From the IMG/VR virus record IMGVR_UViG_3300017917_002108, positions 1 to 64,000 of that record: 64,000 nucleotides of DNA. One strand, 5' to 3'. The notes beneath the pieces were generated by a model. That model was not told the origin of the DNA. It was given only the letters and a program-made list of their open reading frames with translations, and did no database searches. Below, piece after piece: positions 1 to 6,605 of this stretch. How positions within the stretch are numbered: the first letter of the stretch is position 1; each line of letters opens with the position of its first letter. Origin of the DNA: a virus. The position numbers and the translations under genes are program-made.

Positions 1-20
1 AGAATGCGTAAAAAGGTAGC

Positions 21-86
21 GTATTAAAGTGTTCTTCATTCAGCCCCTGACGCTGTCTAAAAGCATAGCGGAGAACATTTTAATAC
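21..86 (+). ncRNA. Small structured RNA candidate closed by a 17-bp stem
   Basis: gtattaaagtgttcttc (21-37) pairs with ggagaacattttaatac (70-86) with 2 G-U pairs; two small internal hairpins. Confidence 0.45.
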
Positions 87-113
87 ACACTCTCCTTACC
101 GCCTGAACAGTGG

Positions 114-142
114 TTGACAGACATAGTCGGAGAGTGTATAAT
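114..142 (+). promoter_or_regulatory. sigma70 promoter
   Basis: TTGACA (114-119)-17 bp-TATAAT (137-142), just upstream of tRNA-Tyr. Confidence 0.85.
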
Positions 143-151
143 TAATTCATT

Positions 152-236
152 GGATGTGTAGGAAAATTGGTAACCCCAGTGGACTGTAAATCCGCCGCCT
201 CTGGCACTGCTGGTTCGACTCCAGCCGCATCCACCA
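152..236 (+). tRNA. tRNA-Tyr(GTA)
   Basis: Cloverleaf; anticodon arm gtgga-ctGTAaa-tccgc; long variable arm; TTCGA T-loop; encoded CCA. Confidence 0.95.
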
Positions 237-401
237 TTAAGAAATAGCATTGACGGGTATCGTCTATGGACGCATAGACTTATGAAGGATAGGGCCATCT
301 TACCCTTCTGAGAAAACTGTGAACAATGGCTTATGAGGAGAATCGAACTCCACTCAGAAATACGTTTCATCCCATAGGGTGTAATGTTATTTTTTAATGG
401 T
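233..401 (+). ncRNA. ~170-nt multibranch structured RNA candidate
   Basis: 19-bp closing stem (233-251 with 383-401, 2 G-U); internal hairpins gtctatg/catagac, gaagg/ccttc, tctgag/ctcaga, ggag/ctcc. Confidence 0.5.
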
Positions 402-411
402 AAAAATTTAA

Positions 412-1294
412 GGGTAGTTTATTATCCTGTTGGCGGCTTGCCGTTGACGAAGAATAAGTTGAGTGATCAACCCAAAGGAGGTAAGCCTACGCAACTCCGC
501 CAGCAATGGTTCATGTAAACAAGCCTGCTCACTACCGTGAGGTAGCGTTCACTTATAAGACGGGTGGATGTAACAGCAAAGCTGATGTTAGGGAAAGAAT
601 GCGTATCGACTGGCCCGCAAGGGAACCAGGGTGCGTGAAAAGTAACAGGTGGTGCTGACTTCCTAACAAAACCAATCAGTCAGTTGGTATGAGAAAGGGT
701 AGTGTATTGGTTCGAAGGGTCGCACCTAAGAGCTCGTATGCAATGTAAATGGTTGGTGGGACACGTTGCGAAACGTTGTTACACTGGTCGTGAAACATCA
801 CTGAGTAGCTCGCGAGGCAAAAGGTATGTGGTGAGTTGTATCGTGTATTCCAAAAGAGTATGCGGCAACTGAGGCAGCTCATCGCGGTAGGTTGTTATAG
901 ATCAATGGTAGATCATTTCTCTGTTAAAGAAACTGCTGTAGGTTCAAATCCTACTAACAAATCAAAAATGCAAAGACTGCCTCGGTTATGTGTGAAAAGC
1001 ATCTAATGCTTGACACGCAAGTGAATCAAGTCTAATGAAGCTCGCAAGGTGACATTAGTTTATACTGGAAGTTTCGTAACGGTTTAGCGACTGTGAATGG
1101 CTCGCAAGGTCAACGGGATAGATGGTGTAGAATAGCACATAACGACAAGCCTACTGCCTGGCTTTAAAAACGGCGATGCTGATAGTGGACATAGATACAG
1201 TAATGGTCTATGTGGATGTCTAGAGAAGGTTTGCTCGCAAGGCGGACTATAATGCTAGAGGCACTATTGGCTAACGTGTAATCTCAGCGTTAGC
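412..1294 (+). ncRNA. GOLLD-like giant ornate RNA
   Basis: ~880 nt with no credible ORF, inside a tRNA cluster; many GNRA (GCAA/GAAA/GTGA) hairpins; 3' hairpin gctaacg-TGTAATCTCAG-cgttagc as I recall for GOLLD; embedded tRNA. 5' boundary approximate. Confidence 0.8.
891..962 (+). tRNA. tRNA-Asn(GTT)-like element embedded in the GOLLD-like RNA (no CCA)
   Basis: Acceptor ttgtta/taacaa; D arm gatc-aatggta-gatc; anticodon arm tttct-ctGTTaa-agaaa; T arm gtagg-ttcaaat-cctac. Confidence 0.8.
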
Positions 1295-1295
1295 A

Positions 1296-1361
1296 CTATT
1301 CTAAAACACATTCGCAACCAAATGGGAGTGAAATGTCCGCGGGGAGTGTGTTTCAGAATAG
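1296..1361 (+). ncRNA. Small hairpin RNA candidate (long closing stem family)
   Basis: ctattctaaaacacattc (1296-1313) pairs with gagtgtgtttcagaatag (1344-1361). Confidence 0.45.
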
Positions 1362-1367
1362 ATTTAC

Positions 1368-1446
1368 CCGAGTGTAGGATAGTCTGGTTCATTCCGCCTG
1401 CTTTGGGAGCAGGATGTCGCAGGTTCGAATCCTGCCACTCGGACCA
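1368..1446 (+). tRNA. tRNA-Pro(TGG)
   Basis: cctgc-ttTGGga-gcagg anticodon arm; ccgagtg/cactcgg acceptor; CCA. Confidence 0.95.
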
Positions 1447-1451
1447 AAAGC

Positions 1452-1526
1452 GCCTCGTTAGTTCACCGGTAGAACGTCGCCCTTACAAGGCGAATGCAGT
1501 TGGTTCGACTCCAGCACGAGGCACCA
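1452..1526 (+). tRNA. tRNA-Val(TAC)
   Basis: tcgcc-ctTACaa-ggcga; gcctcgt/acgaggc acceptor; CCA. Confidence 0.95.
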
Positions 1527-1532
1527 GTTAAC

Positions 1533-1621
1533 GGAGAGGTCCCATAATGGTATTGGAGCAGATTGCTAATCTGTCGGTCGCTAAAAACGTCTTCGGGGTT
1601 CGAGTCCCCGTCTCTCCGCCA
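1533..1621 (+). tRNA. tRNA-Ser(GCT)
   Basis: gcaga-ttGCTaa-tctgt; long variable arm; G73; CCA. Confidence 0.95.
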
Positions 1622-1645
1622 TTTCATTTTTAAGGAAAATAAAAT

Positions 1646-1831
1646 ATGCTAAAGCCAGGTCCGAATTATAGAATGAGTAAACAGGGTAAGAGAACATTAG
1701 CCACTAATCGAATGATTGATGCACACTATCGAGGTGCTATCAAGCGTTCTATAATTCAAGCAGAGTTGGCTGCCGCTATTCAACCTAAGCGTGAAAAGAA
1801 TCGTCGAGATTCTAATACCGCAGGAGAATAA
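1646..1831 (+). CDS. Small basic hypothetical protein
   Basis: 61-aa ORF with AAGGA SD after tRNA-Ser. Confidence 0.65.
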   Translation: MLKPGPNYRMSKQGKRTLATNRMIDAHYRGAIKRSIIQAELAAAIQPKREKNRRDSNTAGE

Positions 1832-1832
1832 C

Positions 1833-2090
1833 ATGTCTGATGGTGGAAAAGGGTCTAGACCCAGACCATTCAGTGTAAGTCAAGATACATTTTCCCAAAA
1901 TTGGGACCAGATTTTTACAAAGGAAAAATCCATGCAGGTAAGAGCAGATCAGATCAAAGAAGGTGGTGTAAGTTGTGGATGCGGTCGTAGTCCTACCGGT
2001 CATTGTATTGGTTGGCACGGTTTATCAGAAGCAGCATTCCAAGCCAAACTTCAAGAATACCTTAAAGAACAAAAGACAGCTGATAAGTAA
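1833..2090 (+). CDS. Small protein with CDGSH-like (3Cys-1His) Fe-S motif
   Basis: AGGAG SD before ATG 1833; CGCGRSPTGHCIGWH resembles CxCxxSxxxPxCDGxH. Confidence 0.65.
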   Translation: MSDGGKGSRPRPFSVSQDTFSQNWDQIFTKEKSMQVRADQIKEGGVSCGCGRSPTGHCIGWHGLSEAAFQAKLQEYLKEQKTADK

Positions 2091-2096
2091 TTCGTT

Positions 2097-2172
2097 GGGG
2101 GTTTAGCTCATCTGGGAGAGCATTAGCTTTGCAAGCTAAGGGTGATCGGTTCGAGTCCGATAACCTCCACCA
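2097..2172 (+). tRNA. tRNA-Ala(TGC)
   Basis: ttagc-ttTGCaa-gctaa; G3-U70 pair; CCA. Confidence 0.95.
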
Positions 2173-2176
2173 ACAT

Positions 2177-2252
2177 GCCCTTGTAGCTCAGTTGGTAGAG
2201 CAGTGGTTTTGTAAACCAAAGGTCGGGAGTTCGAGACTCTCCGGGGGCACCA
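2177..2252 (+). tRNA. tRNA-Thr(TGT)
   Basis: Anticodon loop ttTGTaa; canonical D and T arms; CCA. Confidence 0.95.
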
Positions 2253-2269
2253 AGATTACCAAAAATGTC

Positions 2270-2297
2270 TTGACAAAGACATAAAAGAATGTATAAT
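2270..2297 (+). promoter_or_regulatory. sigma70 promoter
   Basis: TTGACA (2270-2275)-16 bp-TATAAT (2292-2297). Confidence 0.75.
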
Positions 2298-2303
2298 ATT
2301 TTT

Positions 2304-2567
2304 GTTACAGTAGAAATACTGTAACCGGTGAAGCAGAAGGTAGATGAGGGTAGACGCTTGTATGGCTTCATTGCCGTACAGACTTAATCTGGCAAAGACG
2401 CTTGAAACGTCTCCGTGCTTGGGTGATCCGATTTTATCTAATGTCATTTGCTGATCGGAAATATTCAGGTCTCTGTCGCCTGTATATTGCACGTTGTCTA
2501 GACCGACGATATCGAACAATAGGTCTTGTCAATTGTCCGGTCTATTACTTGACCTTTTGCCGACCCG
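2304..2567 (+). ncRNA. Unassigned ~260-nt structured RNA or leader of rpoZ
   Basis: 9-bp GAAA hairpin (2304-2325); closing helix 2333-2341/2552-2560 plus 2351-2355/2540-2544 enclosing five hairpins. Confidence 0.55.
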
Positions 2568-2586
2568 TCACTTATTAAGGAAGCAC

Positions 2587-2832
2587 ATGGCTAGGATTTC
2601 AGCAGAAGAAGCAGTAAAGGCGATTGGAAACAGATTTGATCTGGTATTGGTCGCTAGTCAAAGAGCCAGAGAAATTAAAAACGGATCCAGACCTAAGATC
2701 TCGGATCAAGATTCAACGCCCTGTGTAGCGGCATTGAAAGAAATTGAAGAAGGCAAATATACCTACAACGATTATTTGAAAACTGTACAACGAAAGAAAA
2801 AAGGACAAAGAGATGAATATTTCCCTACGTAA
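2587..2832 (+). CDS. rpoZ: RNA polymerase omega subunit homologue
   Basis: MARIS..AIGNRFDLVLVASQRAREI..VAALKEIEEG is the typical omega signature; TAAGGA SD. Confidence 0.9.
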   Translation: MARISAEEAVKAIGNRFDLVLVASQRAREIKNGSRPKISDQDSTPCVAALKEIEEGKYTYNDYLKTVQRKKKGQRDEYFPT

Positions 2833-3385
2833 GGCCAATGCCATCCAGAATAACATCAACGAGGCTATCCGTGGTATCAAGATCGAAACCACAGTAGAAC
2901 TCAACGAGTTCCAAGATGTGGCTGCTGAGCTGCAAAAGGCCAATGACTTGGTAATCACCAATGATGCCCGCAGACAAAAACTGTTGTTGTCTCTGTACAA
3001 CATCAGAGGTCTAGTTGGCACAGCCAATGCCGGTTGTGGTATTGATTTGAATCTAGCCAAGGCCGCGTTTATTGACAAGCGTATTGGTCAGCTAGAAGAA
3101 CTAGCCAGCGTCAAGCCTGTGACTGCACTTGATGTTATTAAGGGCAAGCTAGAGAAGATTAAGAGTCTTAAAGACGAAGCTCGTAGCAGAATCTATGGGT
3201 ACGGAGATACTGTGAGTACCACAGTGGTCAGCCAAGATCAGATCGATCAGGCCAAGTCTGAGATCCTTAATCTCAAGAAACAGAAACAAAAGCTCAACGA
3301 TGAAATTCTTGAGCTCAACATCAAAACTGAGATTCCCCTCAGTGACGAAACGGTCAAACTTCTTCAGCAAGAAGGATTGATCTAA
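2813..3385 (+). CDS. Hypothetical coiled-coil protein
   Basis: 190-aa ORF overlapping the rpoZ end; heptad-rich. Confidence 0.8.
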   Translation: MNISLRKANAIQNNINEAIRGIKIETTVELNEFQDVAAELQKANDLVITNDARRQKLLLSLYNIRGLVGTANAGCGIDLNLAKAAFIDKRIGQLEELASVKPVTALDVIKGKLEKIKSLKDEARSRIYGYGDTVSTTVVSQDQIDQAKSEILNLKKQKQKLNDEILELNIKTEIPLSDETVKLLQQEGLI

Positions 3386-3588
3386 CAGACCCCGGGGTCC
3401 CTTCCTCGTTATTAAAGGGGGTAATTGACTTCACCAAAACGTCAGGGTGCAAACGGTAACGACCCCAAGGCCTTGTCGGCGACTTGAGACACCGTGGCGG
3501 CAGAAGCAGAACTGACGACAAAAACATAAATGCTGATCGACAGGGTAGACAACTCAGTCTAGGGCGGAACAGGGAACCGTGGCTAGAC
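3386..3588 (+). ncRNA. Unassigned ~200-nt structured RNA candidate
   Basis: GC-rich non-coding stretch; 12-bp palindrome gaccccggggtc; helices ccctt/aaggg, tgac/gtca, gggt/accc, ttgtcg/cgacaa, gtctag/ctagac. Confidence 0.45.
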
Positions 3589-3674
3589 ACTTTATTAAAA
3601 CGCACTGCCGAAGTTGGTTCGGTTAGGCAAGCTGCATCCAACGAGCTATGTCCGTGAGTGCGTTTTAATAAAGT
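3589..3674 (+). ncRNA. Small hairpin RNA candidate (long closing stem family)
   Basis: Perfect 18-bp inverted repeat actttattaaaacgcact / agtgcgttttaataaagt around a 50-nt loop. Confidence 0.5.
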
Positions 3675-3678
3675 TTAT

Positions 3679-3754
3679 GGTCAGGTGGCAGAGCGACTTA
3701 TGCGCTGGATTGCAAACCCAGACTAGGTAGGTGGAAATCCTACCCTGACCTCCA
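3679..3754 (+). tRNA. tRNA-Cys(GCA), atypical T-loop
   Basis: ttGCAaa loop; U73; CCA; T-loop TGGAAAT. Confidence 0.85.
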
Positions 3755-3759
3755 ATTAT

Positions 3760-3835
3760 CGCAGAGTATGGAAGTGGTCATCCGTCCGGTCTCATAAGCC
3801 GGGAATCGCAGGTTCGAATCCTGCCTCTGCAACCA
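3760..3835 (+). tRNA. tRNA-Met(CAT), initiator-like
   Basis: ctCATaa loop; C1:A72 mismatch; CCA. Confidence 0.9.
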
Positions 3836-3840
3836 ATCAC

Positions 3841-3915
3841 CTCGCTGTAGTTCAATGGACAGAACGAATTCCTCCTAAGAATTAGATCCAGGTTCGATTC
3901 CTGGTGGCGAGGCCA
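3841..3915 (+). tRNA. tRNA-Arg(CCT)
   Basis: aattc-ctCCTaa-gaatt; CCA. Confidence 0.92.
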
Positions 3916-3933
3916 AAGCGTAAATAATTCAAT

Positions 3934-4009
3934 GCGGGTGAAGTGTTTGTGGTTACACGTCAGTCTTCCAAACTGAAATAGACGAGTTCGACTCTCGCCT
4001 CCCGCTCCA
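3934..4009 (+). tRNA. tRNA-Gly(TCC)
   Basis: tcagt-ctTCCaa-actga; U73; CCA. Confidence 0.9.
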
Positions 4010-4015
4010 TATATT

Positions 4016-4591
4016 ATGAAAGTAATTGATCAAAACGATACCTTTAAAAAATTTGATTTCAGTTCTATTATCACAAAACAAGATAATGACACTGCGATAG
4101 GTATCATTCGCGATATTATCGCCAACGGAAATTACTTTACTAATAGTCCTAAATATCAAACCAAAGAGAATTTATTCGCAAGAACAGAATCTGTCTGGCT
4201 CAAATATCGAATGAGTTTTCTGTTTTCAGTATTCATGTATCTAGGTCGAGAAGTTAAAGTATCTAATATGATGGCCTGGAGTTTTATGACTAATCTTGAG
4301 GGTGCCGAAAATCGGGACAAATTATGGCACCATCACTGGCATCCGCAAAATCCAAATTCTCAAATGATTAGCGGTATATTTTATCTACACATTCCTGAGA
4401 ATGTAAAAGATCGAGATTACTGCGGAACTGAGATGGCTCCAAATGGTCCGGAAAATGAAGGCAAGTTTTTTGTAAAACCTACGGATTTTAATTGGTTGCT
4501 TTATCCGTCAAATCAATGGCACCGTCCAGGTATCGTACAAAGCAAAGATTATCGATTTATACTAGCAGTCGATATAGAATATCTAATCTAG
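4016..4591 (+). CDS. Putative 2OG-Fe(II) oxygenase
   Basis: HxH, SGIFYL, GTE, YPSxxWH and distal R pattern of the double-stranded beta-helix fold. Confidence 0.7.
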   Translation: MKVIDQNDTFKKFDFSSIITKQDNDTAIGIIRDIIANGNYFTNSPKYQTKENLFARTESVWLKYRMSFLFSVFMYLGREVKVSNMMAWSFMTNLEGAENRDKLWHHHWHPQNPNSQMISGIFYLHIPENVKDRDYCGTEMAPNGPENEGKFFVKPTDFNWLLYPSNQWHRPGIVQSKDYRFILAVDIEYLI

Positions 4592-4612
4592 GACCCATTC
4601 TTAATTCATCGG

Positions 4613-4641
4613 TTGACACTATTGTAAAATAGTGTTATAAT
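4613..4641 (+). promoter_or_regulatory. sigma70 promoter with palindromic spacer
   Basis: TTGACA-17-TATAAT; acactatt/aatagtgt inverted repeat between the boxes. Confidence 0.85.
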
Positions 4642-4668
4642 AACTTATTTAGGAACAAATGAGGTCAA

Positions 4669-4887
4669 ATGTCAAAAAACGATTTAATTGAATTAACAGG
4701 CACTATAAACGAAGTTTTACCAGGTAGCATGTTTAGGGTTAAACTAGATAACATGCCCAATGTTATAACTTGCTACACAGGCGGCAAACTCAAACAGCAT
4801 AAAATTAAAATTATATTAGGCGATCGCGTTAAAGTAGAAGTAAGTGCATATGATCTTACCAAAGGACGTGTGACTTATAGATTATAA
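4669..4887 (+). CDS. infA: Translation initiation factor IF-1
   Basis: 72 aa; [51 protein letters not shown]. Confidence 0.97.
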   Translation: MSKNDLIELTGTINEVLPGSMFRVKLDNMPNVITCYTGGKLKQHKIKIILGDRVKVEVSAYDLTKGRVTYRL

Positions 4888-4894
4888 GTAAAGT

Positions 4895-5113
4895 ATGTAT
4901 GAAGTAAAATGGCAAGACACAGCGGGTAGAGGCTGTGTGGAAGAAGTAATAGATCTATCAGCAGCACTGGCATTGGCCACTGCACTAGGAATACCAGTAA
5001 CCATAAATGGAAACGGTATAGAGCTTGTAGGAACTTTTGGTTCCGCAGGCGTAGAAAATGGACGATTACCAAACGGTGATCCCTACACTTGGTACAAAAG
5101 GAGACGACCATGA
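4895..5113 (+). CDS. Hypothetical protein
   Basis: 72-aa ORF between infA and the release factor gene; ATGA overlap with the next gene. Confidence 0.75.
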   Translation: MYEVKWQDTAGRGCVEEVIDLSAALALATALGIPVTINGNGIELVGTFGSAGVENGRLPNGDPYTWYKRRRP

Positions 5114-5787
5114 AACGAGTGATTGAAATCCGTGCCGCAGAGGGCGGTGAAGATTCAAAACTATTTGTCAGCGATCTCGCGACCGCTTACCAGAAATTGG
5201 GAATGAAACTAGGTTGAACTACCCGCCTGATAGATGTACGTCTTGGCGAGTGTAGTTTACTTGTTGAGGGCGCAGATCTATCCGGCTTAGACAATGAGCC
5301 CGGAGGTCATAGAATACAGCGTGTTCCTCCCACGGAACGCAAGGGCAGAGTTCATACCAGCACCGTTACCGTCGCGGTCATAGACAGCGAGGATGCCTGG
5401 ACAGCACCAACTATACATAAGTCCGATCTAAAGATTGAATGGTATAGTGGTACTGGGGCTGGTGGACAATATCGCAACAAACATCAAAACAGTTGTCGTA
5501 TCACACACATTCCTTCAGGAATCGTAGCCAAATCAGAATGCCGTAGTCGCCAAAATAGTTTGGATTCCGCTATGGCGGAAATACAACAGCGCATTGACAG
5601 CGAAGCCAAAAGATCGTATAATAATAACATAGCCTGCAATAGAAAGCAGCAAGTTGGGTCAGGCATGCGGGGAGACAAAATCCGCACCTACAGATTCCAG
5701 GACGATTCTGTTCAAGATCATCTGACAGGCTGTAGAGCAAAATGTTCCGCAGTTTTGAAAGGCAATATAGATTTACTTTGGAGATAA
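5110..5787 (+). CDS. RF1-type class I peptide chain release factor lacking domain 1, with in-frame UGA at codon 36 (5215-5217)
   Basis: Manual translation: MKRVIEIRAAEGGEDSKLF..KLG*TTR..EPGGHRIQRVPPTERKGRVHTSTVTVAV..GTGAGGQ..RITHIPSG..RSRQNS..GSGMRGDKIRTYRF; one frame, one stop. Confidence 0.9.
5594..5622 (+). promoter_or_regulatory. sigma70 promoter inside the release factor gene
   Basis: TTGACA (5594-5599)-17-TATAAT (5617-5622). Confidence 0.75.
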
Positions 5788-5789
5788 AC

Positions 5790-6287
5790 ATGGCACCATG
5801 GATTCAGAATGTATCGCTCAGCGATGTACGTAAAGGTCATCACATCGATGCGGGCATCAATTCCATGTTGATCCAGATCGTAGATCCAGCAATGGAGTTT
5901 CCTGCACCGTCTTATCAGTTTCGAGAAGTTCATCAATTCGAGTTCTTGGATCTTGAAAAGAGCGATAATTGTATTAACGACGATTGGAAGATACAAGATG
6001 CGCAGGCCGCAGAACTTGTAAGGCTTCTACAACATGCTTTAGAGCATAAGATGAATGTGGTTGTTCATTGTGTAGCGGGCGTCTGTCGTTCGGGTGCTGT
6101 CTGCGAGATTGGAGTTATGATGGGCTTCCGTGATACTGAAGTTTTTCGTTCACCTAATCTATTAGTCAAGCACAAGATGATGAAGTGCCTGGGTTGGACC
6201 TATGATGAAAAAGAAGCTCATACGATCAATGGTGTGATTTTAGATTCCGGCCTTATTGTGCCAAAAAATTATGAAGGGGGTATTTAA
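5790..6287 (+). CDS. Cys-dependent (PTP/dual-specificity-like) phosphatase
   Basis: VVHCVAGVCRS (HCxxGxxR); GGAG SD before ATG 5790. Confidence 0.8.
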   Translation: MAPWIQNVSLSDVRKGHHIDAGINSMLIQIVDPAMEFPAPSYQFREVHQFEFLDLEKSDNCINDDWKIQDAQAAELVRLLQHALEHKMNVVVHCVAGVCRSGAVCEIGVMMGFRDTEVFRSPNLLVKHKMMKCLGWTYDEKEAHTINGVILDSGLIVPKNYEGGI

Positions 6288-6592
6288 TGAGAGACGAAAA
6301 TGAACTAGAAGTTCCTAGTCACACTATAGAAGCATTAGATCGGTATTGGACTCACGGTTACGAGCCAGGTAGCTTTTTAGGTATGTTACTTTGTGGTGAT
6401 GTCTACAATGCTGTTCTACGTGCCGATCGTTGGAACAAACAAGCATTAGGGCCTATTGTAGAATACATTGTTCGTAATGCCCCTCGGGGCAGCTACGGTA
6501 GTGTTCAGCTGTATCAAGATTGGGTGAATCACGGTGTGGCTTTTCAACAACACCAAAAGAATCGAGTAGTTGACATTTTGAGCACTCCCTAG
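6287..6592 (+). CDS. Hypothetical protein
   Basis: 101-aa ORF coupled to the upstream gene. Confidence 0.8.
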   Translation: MRDENELEVPSHTIEALDRYWTHGYEPGSFLGMLLCGDVYNAVLRADRWNKQALGPIVEYIVRNAPRGSYGSVQLYQDWVNHGVAFQQHQKNRVVDILSTP

Positions 6593-6598
6593 TATAAT
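6570..6598 (+). promoter_or_regulatory. sigma70 promoter
   Basis: TTGACA-17-TATAAT; the ATG at 6606 follows closely, so the mRNA may be leaderless. Confidence 0.8.
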
Positions 6599-6605
6599 AG
6601 ATACT

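Noticed and set aside
80-1531. Short ORFs 80-370, 676-882 and 1322-1531
   Set aside because: They overlap tRNAs or the GOLLD-like RNA and have no recognisable protein features
2304-2567. 6S RNA or tmRNA identity for the RNA before rpoZ
   Set aside because: Multibranch fold rather than a rod with a central bubble; no tRNA-like acceptor/T arm or tag ORF
2123-4159. Minus-strand ORFs 2123-2371, 2256-2519, 2713-3078, 3149-3370, 3354-3641, 3953-4159
   Set aside because: Antisense shadows of tRNAs, structured RNAs or real + strand genes
5200-5220. RF2-style +1 frameshift at the internal UGA
   Set aside because: No CTT-TGA slippery site, and similarity continues in the same frame after the stop
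5560-5787. 75-aa ORF listed in the track as a separate gene
   Set aside because: It is the in-frame C-terminal part of the release factor and lacks PxT and GGQ
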